A DNA stretch of 64,000 nucleotides from Acidimicrobiales bacterium (GTDB lineage: Bacteria > Actinomycetota > Acidimicrobiia > Acidimicrobiales > Acidimicrobilacustridaceae). Below the pieces are notes generated by a model. It had not been told where the DNA came from, made no database searches, and was given only the letters and a program-made list of their open reading frames with translations. The position numbers and the translations under genes were made by a program. The DNA lies in assembly GCA_041394105.1 (NCBI GenBank), contig JAWKIY010000010.1, forward strand, positions 12,262 to 76,261. Direction: 5' to 3'. This document shows positions 9,835-18,588 of the stretch, one piece after another. Every line of letters begins with the position of its first letter. The stretch's first letter is position 1.

Positions 9835-10598
9835 GCCCCGGCCGCACCCCAGGTGGGCGAGCGCTTCTCGACGAACGCCCGGGCGCCCTCCTGCGCGTCC
9901 GGCAGCTGGCTGGCCGCCGCCATCACCTCGACGGCGTAGGCGTAGGCGTCCGCCTCGCTCAGGCCCATCTGGTGGTGGAACGCCGCCTTGCCGACGGCCC
10001 GGGCGGCCGGGCTCCCCCGCGTGGCGAGGTGGGCCAGCTCGTCCACGGCGGCGTCGAGGTCCTCCGGGGCCACGACCCGGTTCACGAGGCCCCATGCCAG
10101 AGCGGTGTCGGCGTCGATCGGATCGCCGAGGAGGCCGAGCTCGAGCGCCCGCTTGGGGCCGACCGCCCGACCGACGGCGACCAGCGGCGTGGTGCAGAAC
10201 CAGCCGCCCTTGCCGCCGGGTAGGGCGAACCGAGCCTCGGTGGAGGCCACGGCCAGGTCGCAGCTGGCGACGAGCTGGCACCCCGCCGCCGTCGCCAGGC
10301 CGAGGACGCGGGCCACCGAGACCTGCGGCATGGCCCGCAGGGTCCCCATGACCGCTGTGCAGCAGTCGAGCAACGCGTGGATGTCCTCGAGCGTCGCTCC
10401 GGCCACCTCGGCCAGGTCGTGCCCGGCGGAGAAGACCGGGCCCTCCCCGGCGACGATCACGGCGTCGGCGTCCGATGCCGCCACCTCGCCCAGCGGGGCG
10501 TGCAGCGCCGAGAGCAGCTCCATCGACAGGGCGTTGCGACGAGGGCCGCGCCGCAACGTCACCGTTGCGACGCGGCCCTCCCGCTCGATCGAGATCAT
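9831..10598 (-). CDS. enoyl-CoA hydratase/isomerase family protein
   Basis: 255-aa ORF with crotonase-fold motifs (VIVAGEGPVFSAGHDL, ATAAGCQLVASCDLAVAS, ALAWGLVNRVV). Confidence 0.9.
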   Translation of the reverse strand: MISIEREGRVATVTLRRGPRRNALSMELLSALHAPLGEVAASDADAVIVAGEGPVFSAGHDLAEVAGATLEDIHALLDCCTAVMGTLRAMPQVSVARVLGLATAAGCQLVASCDLAVASTEARFALPGGKGGWFCTTPLVAVGRAVGPKRALELGLLGDPIDADTALAWGLVNRVVAPEDLDAAVDELAHLATRGSPAARAVGKAAFHHQMGLSEADAYAYAVEVMAAASQLPDAQEGARAFVEKRSPTWGAAGA

Positions 10599-10603
10599 CC
10601 GGC

Positions 10604-11953
10604 TCAGGGCAGGAAGTCCACGGTCTTGCCCTCGAAGTCGATGACCTCGCCCTCCGGCGAGAAGTACTCGCCGTTGAACTTGGCGATGTACAGCGACTCC
10701 AGCGGGAACGGATCATCCGGTCCCGTGGTCTTGACGACGGCGCCGGGCAGCGCCATGTCGGTGGTGAAGTCGAGGGCGTAGGCCGTCTCCATCACCGACT
10801 GGCGGGTCAGCTCGGGCGCCTGCTCCAGCGTGCGGGCGAGCAGATCGCCGGCGAACCAGCCGTACTGGACCGTCGAGTTGGTCAGGTCCTCGGGGCTGAG
10901 GCCGTACAGGGCGCCCTTCTCGTTGAACTCCTTGATGCCCTCGGTCTCCTGCGACGCCGGGTCGAGCGGGTTCACGAGGTAGGCGACGGTCAGGGTGTCG
11001 GCGAAGGCGCCGGGACCACCGATGTCGATGAGCGTCTTGATGGCGCAGGTGACCGACACGTAGGTGATCGGATCCCAGCTGGCGTTGGTCTCGACCGCCT
11101 TGAGGGCGTTCGGGCACGCCAGCGCCGTGGCGGCGACGAGCAGCGCATCGGAGTTGGTGGCCCCGAGCGACGTCATCTGGGCCGTCACGTCGGACTCACC
11201 GGCGTTGTAGGTGGCCTCCTCGACGACCGTGATGTCGGTGCCCTCGATCGCCTTCTTGAAGGCGTTGGCGTAGCCGTTCCCGAAGTCGTCGTTCTGGGCG
11301 ATGATCGTCACCGTGGCGTCGGGCTTGTTGTCCTTGAGGTACTGGGCGAACACGGCCGCCTCGGTGGCGTAGCTCGGCAGCGAGCCGATCGTCCACGGGT
11401 ACTCGTCGGTCTCGCCCCACTCGACGGCGCCGGTGGCGACGAACAGGTTCGGGATGCAGCCCTCGTTCAGGTCGTCGCGCACGGCGAGGTTGTTGGCCGT
11501 CCCGAGCACGTTGAAGAAGCCGAAGACCTCCTCGTCGACGAGCTCGCCGACGATGCGCTTGGTCTCGTTCGGGTCGTACTTGTCGTCCTTGTCGAGGCCG
11601 ACGATCTCGATCTTGTGGTCCTTGACGCCGTTCTTCTCGGCGTTGATGTAGTCGAAGTACGCCTGGTACCCCTTGCGGATGGGGGCGAACGCCGTGCCGT
11701 ACACGCCCGACGTCGGACCCGACGTGCCGAACGTGATCGTGTCGTCCGTGACCCCGGCGGTCGGCTGGTAGTCGGTGCAGTTGGCGGTGTCGATGGCGAA
11801 GGCGGCCTCGCCCGACGGCGTCGTGCCCCCGGTCGTGCCGCCGCTCCCGCCGCCGGAGCTGGTGTTGTCGCTGCGTCCGCCGCTGCAGGCGACGGCGCCG
11901 AGGGCCACCACCGCGCCGAGCGCGGCGACGCCGAACTTCTTGGTGCTTTGCAT
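10604..11953 (-). CDS. ABC transporter substrate-binding lipoprotein (branched-chain amino acid / LivK-type family)
   Basis: 449-aa ORF with a signal peptide and lipobox (LGAVAC). Type-I periplasmic binding protein features. RBS GGGAGGAAG upstream of the ATG. Last gene of the liv-type operon. Confidence 0.9.
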   Translation of the reverse strand: MQSTKKFGVAALGAVVALGAVACSGGRSDNTSSGGGSGGTTGGTTPSGEAAFAIDTANCTDYQPTAGVTDDTITFGTSGPTSGVYGTAFAPIRKGYQAYFDYINAEKNGVKDHKIEIVGLDKDDKYDPNETKRIVGELVDEEVFGFFNVLGTANNLAVRDDLNEGCIPNLFVATGAVEWGETDEYPWTIGSLPSYATEAAVFAQYLKDNKPDATVTIIAQNDDFGNGYANAFKKAIEGTDITVVEEATYNAGESDVTAQMTSLGATNSDALLVAATALACPNALKAVETNASWDPITYVSVTCAIKTLIDIGGPGAFADTLTVAYLVNPLDPASQETEGIKEFNEKGALYGLSPEDLTNSTVQYGWFAGDLLARTLEQAPELTRQSVMETAYALDFTTDMALPGAVVKTTGPDDPFPLESLYIAKFNGEYFSPEGEVIDFEGKTVDFLP

Positions 11954-11977
11954 GAACGCACTTCCTCCCAGGTCGTG

Positions 11978-13023
11978 TCAGTGAGACGGTACTGAGTCGT
12001 TTGGCCCAGGGCCAGGCACGTCGGGCGCGCCGCTGGCGCAGCGCCCATCCCTTGATCCGGCGCACCAGCCCCATGATCCCGTCGGGCGCCACCGCCATCA
12101 GCAGGATCAGCACCGCAGCGAAGAGCACCGGACCGAGCGCCGAGCCCTCGACGTCGAGCAGCGGGATGTTCTTCGGGAGCCATTCGGGGATGTACACCAC
12201 CAGGACCGCACCGATGACCGGCCCCGAGGGGTGGCCACACCCCCAGCACGACCATGACCAGGATGAGGATCGACAGCTCGATGGTGAACGAGTTGGCCGA
12301 CACGTAGTTGGTGTTGAACACCAGCAGGCCGCCGCCGAGCCCGGCGAGCGCGGCGCTGATGCCGAACACCAGCACCTTGTAGGCGGACAAGCGCACGCCC
12401 ATGACCTCGGCGGCGATCTCGTTGTCGCGGATGGCCACCATCGCCCGGCCGGGCCGGCTGCGCACGACGTTGCGCACCAGCACGAAGGCCACGACGACGA
12501 ACGCCAGGATCACGTAGTACTGCCACTGGTCGTTCGCCAGGCCCGAACCCTCGGGCGCCTCGAACTTCGACACGCATGCCCTGCGTGCCGCCCGTGATGT
12601 CGCTGAAGCGCTGCAGGATCTGCGGGAACAGCGCGCGAGGCCCAGGGTGACCAACGCCAGGTACATGCCCCGGATGCGCAGCGCCGGGATGCCGATGGCC
12701 ATGCCGACGACGAAGCTGAGCGCCACGCCGACGGCCAGCGCCGGGAAGTGGCTCCACTCGTACTCGCCGACCAGGATCGCCACCGAGTAGGCGCCGATGC
12801 CGTAGAAGGCCCCGTGGCCCACCGAGATCTGCCCCGTGTAGCCGGTCAGCATGTTGAGGCCCATGGCGGCGAGCACGAGGGTCATCACCCGGATGAACGT
12901 GCCCACCTGCGACGCCTTGTAGAACGTCGGCAGCCAATAGAGCAGGTACGCCAACGCCAGCAGTCCGACGACCTTGGCCATCGTCGTGGCGGTCGATGGA
13001 CGGGGCAACGCCGGCGCCGTCAT
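11978..13023 (-). pseudogene. livM: branched-chain amino acid ABC transporter permease (LivM-type) with about 5 frame changes
   Basis: The ATG at 13023 overlaps the livH stop (ATGA). Conserved LivM sequence continues through three frames. First MYLALVTLGL, then ALFPQILQRFSDITGGTQGM, then SKFEAPEGSGLANDQWQYY...LILVMVVLG. After that GGVATP, then GPVIGAVLVVYIPEWLPKNIPLLDVEG..GIMGLVRRIKGW. The likely stop is TGA 11978-11980, just before the SBP RBS. Confidence 0.7.
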
Positions 13024-13907
13024 ACCCGCACCACCTGGCGCTTGCCGAACAGACCTTGGGGCCGCACCAGCAGGACGATCAGGATCAACAGGAACGCCGG
13101 CAGCAGCTTGAGGTCGTTGCCGATGAACGGGATGTAGTGCGCCGACAGCTCGGTGACGACCCCGACGACCAACCCGCCGACGACGGCGCCGCCCGGCGAG
13201 TCGAACCCGCCCAGCGTGGCGGCGGCGAAGGCGTAGATCAGCGGCACGAGCATCAGCGTGTTGGTGAGCCCGACGTAGGCCGCCAGGCCGCCGGCGAGGG
13301 CGCCGAAGGCGGCGGCCATGCCCCAGCCGATCATCAGCATCCGCCCGACCGGCACGCCGGCGAGGGCGCTCGACTCCTCGTTGGAGGCCACGGCGCGCAT
13401 GGCCAGGCCCAGGCGGGTGCGCTGGAAGATCAGCCACAGCACCACGACCTCGAGGCCGAGGATGGCCAGGGTGCCCAGCACCCGGTGGGTGATGCTGGCA
13501 CCGAACAGCTCGATCGACCCCTCGCCGAAGGCGACGGGGAACACCTTGGCGTCGGTGCCCCAGATGATCGGCGCCAGGCTCGACAGCGCCAGGAACAGGC
13601 CGATCGTCACCATGACCACCGGCAGCGGGTTGCCGTGGGCCCGTTTGGTGACGGGGGCGATGATGGCCAGCTGGATCACGGCGCCCATGACGAACCCGAA
13701 CGCCATCCCGACCAGCACCGCCAGCGGGAAGGGCAGCCCGGCGTCCCAGGCCATCCAGATGACGAACGTGCAGAACATCGCCATCTCGCCCTGGGCGAAG
13801 TTCAACAGGCCCGTCGCCCGGTAGATGATCACGAGCGCCACGGCGAGCGTGGCGTAGATCGCTCCCTGACCGAGGCCGAGGAAGAGGAACTGCAGGAACT
13901 CGCTCAC
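13020..13907 (-). CDS. livH: branched-chain amino acid ABC transporter permease (LivH-type)
   Basis: Intact 295-aa ORF, multi-TM, with typical LivH N-terminus FLQFLFLGLGQGAIYATLAVALVIIYRATGLLNFAQGE. Confidence 0.9.
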   Translation of the reverse strand: MSEFLQFLFLGLGQGAIYATLAVALVIIYRATGLLNFAQGEMAMFCTFVIWMAWDAGLPFPLAVLVGMAFGFVMGAVIQLAIIAPVTKRAHGNPLPVVMVTIGLFLALSSLAPIIWGTDAKVFPVAFGEGSIELFGASITHRVLGTLAILGLEVVVLWLIFQRTRLGLAMRAVASNEESSALAGVPVGRMLMIGWGMAAAFGALAGGLAAYVGLTNTLMLVPLIYAFAAATLGGFDSPGGAVVGGLVVGVVTELSAHYIPFIGNDLKLLPAFLLILIVLLVRPQGLFGKRQVVRV

Positions 13908-13920
13908 GCCGTCATCCCCA

Positions 13921-14634
13921 TCAGAACCCCAGGTACGCCTTGCGGATCGCTTCGTCGGTCATCAGCTCCTCGGCGGAGCCGGACGCCACCAGCTCGCCGA
14001 CCTCGAGGACGTAGCCCCGATGCGCGATCGCCAGCGCCAGGTTGGCGTTCTGCTCCACGACGAGCACGGCCGTGCCGGTCTCGGCGTTGACGGTCGCCAA
14101 CTGGGCGAACAGCTCCTTGGTCACCAGCGGCGCCAGGCCGAGCGACGGTTCGTCGAGCAGCAGCAACGTCGGGCGCGCCATCAGGGCCCGGGCGATGGCG
14201 AGCATCTGCTGCTCGCCGCCGCTCATCGATCCCGCCGGTTGCGTCGCCCGCTCTCCCAGCCGGGGGAAGACGTCGAACCACCGGGCGATGTCGGCGTCGA
14301 CCTCGCCGTCGCGGCGGCAGTACGCGCCGATGCGCAGGTTCTCCTCGACGGTGAGGTCGGTGATGGTCCCCCGACCCTGCGGCACGTGGGCGATGCCCGC
14401 CGCCACCAGCTGGTCGGGGCGCCGGCCCCGGATCGACTGGCCGGCGAACACGACCGAGCCCCGGCAGCCGATCATGCCGCTGATCGCTCGCAGCGTCGTC
14501 GTCTTGCCCGCACCGTTGGCGCCGAGGATGACCACGATCTCGCCGGAGGCGACGCTGAAGTGGACGTTGCGCAGCACTTCGACCGGCCCGTAGCCCGCTT
14601 CGAGGTTCGCCACCTCCAGCAGCGCGCCGTTCAC
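13921..14634 (-). CDS. livF: ABC transporter ATP-binding protein (LivF-type)
   Basis: Walker A GANGAGKTT, signature MSGGEQQML, Walker B LLLLDEPS. Overlaps livG by 4 nt. Confidence 0.9.
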   Translation of the reverse strand: MNGALLEVANLEAGYGPVEVLRNVHFSVASGEIVVILGANGAGKTTTLRAISGMIGCRGSVVFAGQSIRGRRPDQLVAAGIAHVPQGRGTITDLTVEENLRIGAYCRRDGEVDADIARWFDVFPRLGERATQPAGSMSGGEQQMLAIARALMARPTLLLLDEPSLGLAPLVTKELFAQLATVNAETGTAVLVVEQNANLALAIAHRGYVLEVGELVASGSAEELMTDEAIRKAYLGF

Positions 14635-15398
14635 TCGCCGCCGCCCAGGTAGGCCTCGATCACCCGAGGATCGGCCTGCACCTCGGCCGGGGTGCCCTCG
14701 GCGATCTTGCGACCGAACTCCATGACGACGACCTGCTCGGAGATGCGCATGACCATGGCCATGTGGTGCTCGACGAGCAGCACCGTCAGGTCGAAGGCGT
14801 CGCGCAGGCGCAGGACCTCGTCGGCGAGGTCGTCCACCTCACCGTGGGTGAGGCCGCTCGCCGGCTCGTCGAGCATCAGCAGCTTGGGTCGGCCCAACAG
14901 GGCACGCGCCAGCTCGATGCGCTTCATCGTCCCGTAGGGCAGGCCGGCGCACGGACGCAGCGCCAGCGGCGCCAACGCGAGCTGGTCGAGGACCTCCAGC
15001 GCTTCGCCGCGCAGCTGCCGCTCGCGCCCACGGGTCGGGAACCACAGCGACGAGGCGGCGAACCCGCCGCTGGTGCGGGCGTGGGCGCCCGTCATCACGT
15101 TCTCGAGCACGGTGAGCCCGGGGAACAGCGCCAGGTTCTGGAACGTCCGGGCCACGCCGACCGAGGCGATGGCGTGACCGGGCACGGCGAGCAGGTCCTT
15201 GCCGTCGAAGCGCAGGCTGCCGGTCGTCGGCTCGTAGATGCGGCTGACGATGTTGAACAGGGTCGTCTTGCCGGCGCCGTTGGGGCCGATGAGCGCACAG
15301 ACCTGGCCCTCGGGAACGCCGAAGGACAGCTCGTCCAGCGCCACGATGCCGCCGAACGTGACGCTGATGTCCTCGACCTCCAGGAGCGGCACGGGCAT
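14631..15398 (-). CDS. livG: ABC transporter ATP-binding protein (LivG-type)
   Basis: Walker A GPNGAGKTT, LPYGTMKRIELARAL, Walker B LLMLDEPASG. Confidence 0.9.
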   Translation of the reverse strand: MPVPLLEVEDISVTFGGIVALDELSFGVPEGQVCALIGPNGAGKTTLFNIVSRIYEPTTGSLRFDGKDLLAVPGHAIASVGVARTFQNLALFPGLTVLENVMTGAHARTSGGFAASSLWFPTRGRERQLRGEALEVLDQLALAPLALRPCAGLPYGTMKRIELARALLGRPKLLMLDEPASGLTHGEVDDLADEVLRLRDAFDLTVLLVEHHMAMVMRISEQVVVMEFGRKIAEGTPAEVQADPRVIEAYLGGGE

Positions 15399-15428
15399 CA
15401 GTGTGGCATCCCGGCACCGCGCACGCGG

Positions 15429-16379
15429 TCAACCCATGAACATGACGCGCAGGGAGTCGAACTCCTCCACGCAGTGCCCGGCGCCGAGCACGACGCACTC
15501 CAGGGGCGCGTGCACCAGGTGCACCGGGATGTCGGTCTCGATGGCGATGCGCCGGTCGAGGCCGCGCAGCATCCCCCCGCCGCCGGTCAGGTAGATGCCC
15601 TGGCCGATGAGGTCCTGGGCCAGCTCGGGCGGCGCCTGGCCGAGGCAGGCGATGACGGCGTCGACCATGGCCGACACCGGCTCGTCGATGGCGTCGCGCA
15701 CCTCCTCGGCCGACAGCACGACGGTCTTGGGCAGCCCCGACATCAGCTCGCGGCCACGCACCTCGGCGGCGTACTCGTCGTCGGTCTCCCAGGCGGAGCC
15801 GATCGTGACCTTGATCTCCTCGGCGGTGCGCTCACCGATGGCGATGCCGTACTCGCGCCGGATGTAGGTCTGGACGTGGGCGTCGATGTCGAACGAGCCG
15901 ACGCGCACCGCCTCGAGGGCGACGATGCCGCCGAGCGAGATCAACGCAACCTCGGAGGTGCCGCCGCCGATGTCGACGACCATGTTGCCGAGCGGCTCGT
16001 TGATCGGCAGCCCGGCGCCGATGGCCGCGGCCATCGGCTGCTCGATGAGGTACGCCTCGGCGGCACCGGCACGCTTGGCGGCCTCGGTCACCGCTCGACG
16101 CTCGACGGCGGTGATCGCCGACGGGACGCAGATCACGACGCGCGGGCGGTTCCAGCGGTTGACCCCGACCCGTTGCAGCAGCAGACGGATCATGCGCTGG
16201 GTGATCTCGAAGTCGGTGATGGCGCCCTTGCGCAGCGGGCGGACGGCCACGATGTAGCTCGGCGTGCGACCGATCATCTGCCAGGCCTCGTGCCCCATGG
16301 CCAGCACCTCTTGGGTGCGGCTGTTGAGCGCGATCACCGAGGGCTCGTTGAGCACGATGCCCTCGCCCCGCGCGTACAC
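15429..16379 (-). CDS. mreB: rod shape-determining protein MreB (longest canonical ORF; true N-terminus probably extends to about 16427, see findings)
   Basis: 316-aa ORF from GTG 16379 with actin-fold motifs (MVVDIGGGTSEVALIS, GIYLTGGGGMLRGLD). The phosphate-1 motif RDLAIDLGTANTL is encoded in frame at 16380-16427 but sits behind TGA 16428-16430. Confidence 0.85.
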   Translation of the reverse strand: MYARGEGIVLNEPSVIALNSRTQEVLAMGHEAWQMIGRTPSYIVAVRPLRKGAITDFEITQRMIRLLLQRVGVNRWNRPRVVICVPSAITAVERRAVTEAAKRAGAAEAYLIEQPMAAAIGAGLPINEPLGNMVVDIGGGTSEVALISLGGIVALEAVRVGSFDIDAHVQTYIRREYGIAIGERTAEEIKVTIGSAWETDDEYAAEVRGRELMSGLPKTVVLSAEEVRDAIDEPVSAMVDAVIACLGQAPPELAQDLIGQGIYLTGGGGMLRGLDRRIAIETDIPVHLVHAPLECVVLGAGHCVEEFDSLRVMFMG

Positions 16380-16427
16380 GAGCGTGTTCGCCGTGCCCAG
16401 GTCGATCGCCAGGTCGCGGGCCAGGGC

Positions 16428-16757
16428 TCAGAACTCCCCGTCGACGTCCACGAGCCGCTCCGCCTCGTAGGCGGAGCCCCCGCGCGGGACCACGTCGTCG
16501 CCCCGGAACTGCCGAGCGGTGCGCAGCTTGTCGGCCAAGCCCGCCGGCCTCGTGGTCGGCACGATCGGGCGCAGCTTCGTCGGCCGCTTGACCTCGGGCA
16601 TCTCGGCCTCCGGGTCGCGGGCCAAGGCCGCCATCTCCCGCTGGAACTGGTCGATGCTCGACATGAACGTGGTCGGCTTGCGCTGGCGGAGCCACACGAC
16701 GAGCGATCCGACGACCGAACCGACGACGACGATGAGCAGGAAGGCCACGTTGCCCAT
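16428..16757 (-). CDS. small membrane protein (hypothetical)
   Basis: ATG 16757 inside track ORF 16428..17732, overlapping the moaE stop (TGATG). N-terminal TM helix VAFLLIVVVGSVVGSLVVWL. No family recognised. Confidence 0.6.
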   Translation of the reverse strand: MGNVAFLLIVVVGSVVGSLVVWLRQRKPTTFMSSIDQFQREMAALARDPEAEMPEVKRPTKLRPIVPTTRPAGLADKLRTARQFRGDDVVPRGGSAYEAERLVDVDGEF

Positions 16758-17257
16758 CAGGCCGCACCTTCGACGGCGGTCGAACCCACGTGGGCGGGGT
16801 CGACGAGGTGCTGGGCCTCGAGGCCCCAGCTGGCGCCGTCCGCCCAGGTCTCGCGCTTCCAGATCGGGACCGACGCCTTCAGCGCGTCGATGCCGAAGCG
16901 GGCCGCCTCGAACGCCTCGGGACGGTGCGGGGCCGAGACCGCCACGACGACGGCGGCCTCGCCGACGGCGAGCACACCGGTGCGGTGCAGCAGCGCCACG
17001 CGCCCGGCGGACGGCCAACGCCGGCGCACCTCGGTGGCGACGGCGTCGAGACGCTCGATCGCCGCGGTCTCGTAGGCCTCGTACTCGAGCGACTCGACCC
17101 CGGGGCGGCCCGGCGCGTGGTCGCGGGCCGTACCGGTGAACACGACGACGGCGCCGCACTCGGGCCGCACCGCCCAATCGTGCACAGCCCCGACGGGGAG
17201 TGGCGCATCGCTGAGCGCGATCCATCGATCCCCCGACTCGGGAGCGGCCAGCAACAT
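16757..17257 (-). CDS. moaE: molybdopterin synthase catalytic subunit MoaE
   Basis: ATG 17257 within track ORF 16757..17332. MoaE-like sequence GAVVVFTGTARDH..VESLEYEAYETAA..VALLHRTGVLAVGEAAVVVAVSAPHR..IWKRE. Confidence 0.85.
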   Translation of the reverse strand: MLLAAPESGDRWIALSDAPLPVGAVHDWAVRPECGAVVVFTGTARDHAPGRPGVESLEYEAYETAAIERLDAVATEVRRRWPSAGRVALLHRTGVLAVGEAAVVVAVSAPHRPEAFEAARFGIDALKASVPIWKRETWADGASWGLEAQHLVDPAHVGSTAVEGAA

Positions 17258-17346
17258 GGCGCCATCGTATTGCCGGTGCTGCCGGGACGACGAACTGCAC
17301 ACGCCCGCGGCCGGCGTCCGGCCGGGGGTCACTAACCTGGCCCGCC

Positions 17347-18588
17347 GTGCCGGAGGACCCCGACGACGACTTCACCCCACCTCCCGGCGACCGCACGTGG
17401 CGGCATCCGTCCGAGCTCGGCGCAGAGCGGCTCGGTGCCGAGCCTCGCTTCGTCGCCCGCCCCATCCAGCGCACCCCACCGAAGATCTGGCTGGCGACGG
17501 CCATCGGCGCCCTGGTCGGCGCGGCGGCGACGTTGTCGGTCATCCTGCTGTCGGGAGGGTTCCGCATCGTCGAGCGCGAGCCGACGGGCGTCGAGCGCCT
17601 GCACGTCGACCTCGAGGCCAACCCCGATGCGCCGATCGCCATCGCCGAGAAGGTCCTGCCCGCCATCGCCGAGGTGGAGGCGAACGGCATCGGCACGTCC
17701 GCAGTGGGCACTGCCGTCGTGTTCAACAGCAACGGCTACCTCATCACCACGGCGGACCTCGTCGACGGGGCCACGTCCACGACGGTGCGCTTCGCCGACG
17801 GCGAGGCCCTGCCCGCCGAGGTGATCGGTTCCGACCTCGAGAGCGACGTGGCGGTGCTGCGGGTCGACCGCACCGAGCTCCCGGTCGTGGTGCTGCGCGG
17901 GAGCACGGCGCTGCAGCTCGGCGAGCCGGTCCTGGCGATCGACTCCACGCTCGGCGGCGTGGCGGCACCCAAGATCCCGCCGCAGGGCCTGATCAACGGC
18001 CTCGATCAGCGGGTCGAGTCGGAGAACCCGGCCAAGACGTTGTACGGCCTCATCCAGACGAACCTGCAGCTCACCTCCGCCGGCACCGGCGCACCGCTCG
18101 TCGACGCCAACGGCGCCGTGATCGGCATCGTGACCAGCCGGGGCTTCGCCGTGAGCCCGACCGCCGGCGTGGCGGCGCCCGACACCGCCGATGCTCCGGG
18201 GACGACCCAGCCGCTCCTGCAGGCCCGGTACGCCACGCCGATCGACTTCGCCCGCGACGTGGCCGATGCGCTGATCCGCGACGGCCGCTACGAGCGAGCG
18301 TCGTTGGGGTTGACCGAAGGGGCCGGCCTGACCGCAGACGAGGCCGCCCGGTGGGAGGTGGCCGGCGGCGTGCGCGTCACCCGCCTGCGCGACGGCGGTC
18401 CCGCGGCCACCGCCGGCATCGCCGCCGGCGACGTCATCGTCCGCCTCGAGGACGAACCGATCCTGAACTGGGACTCGCTCATCGTGGCGCTGCGCCGCTA
18501 CCAACCGAGCGAGAGCGTCACCGTGTGGTACTACCGCTCCGGCGAGGTCGAGCTGCAGCCCGCGATCGTCCGGCTCGACGCGCGCTGA
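17347..18588 (+). CDS. HtrA/DegP-like trypsin-fold + PDZ protein with degenerate catalytic triad (predicted pseudoprotease)
   Basis: 413-aa ORF with one TM, an S1C-like fold and a C-terminal PDZ (GVRVTRLRDGGPAATAGIAAGDVIVRLED). The His position reads TTADLV (D137), Asp is retained (ESDVAVLRV) and the Ser position reads SAGTGAPL (T247). Confidence 0.85.
   Translation: MPEDPDDDFTPPPGDRTWRHPSELGAERLGAEPRFVARPIQRTPPKIWLATAIGALVGAAATLSVILLSGGFRIVEREPTGVERLHVDLEANPDAPIAIAEKVLPAIAEVEANGIGTSAVGTAVVFNSNGYLITTADLVDGATSTTVRFADGEALPAEVIGSDLESDVAVLRVDRTELPVVVLRGSTALQLGEPVLAIDSTLGGVAAPKIPPQGLINGLDQRVESENPAKTLYGLIQTNLQLTSAGTGAPLVDANGAVIGIVTSRGFAVSPTAGVAAPDTADAPGTTQPLLQARYATPIDFARDVADALIRDGRYERASLGLTEGAGLTADEAARWEVAGGVRVTRLRDGGPAATAGIAAGDVIVRLEDEPILNWDSLIVALRRYQPSESVTVWYYRSGEVELQPAIVRLDAR

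Noticed and set aside
16428-16430. TGA recoding (selenocysteine, or a genetic code with TGA as a sense codon) as the explanation for the in-frame TGA before the MreB motif.
   Set aside because: TGA is used as a normal stop by many well defined genes in this window (P450, lipoprotein, UPF0182, pst genes and others). No SECIS-like hairpin is obvious, and codes that reassign TGA belong to low-GC lineages.
16758-17732. The long form of track ORF 16428..17732 (434 aa).
   Set aside because: Its upstream two thirds are Arg/Pro/Gly-rich and overlap moaE in another frame. Only the last 109 codons, from ATG 16757 (a TM helix with a TGATG junction to moaE), look coding.
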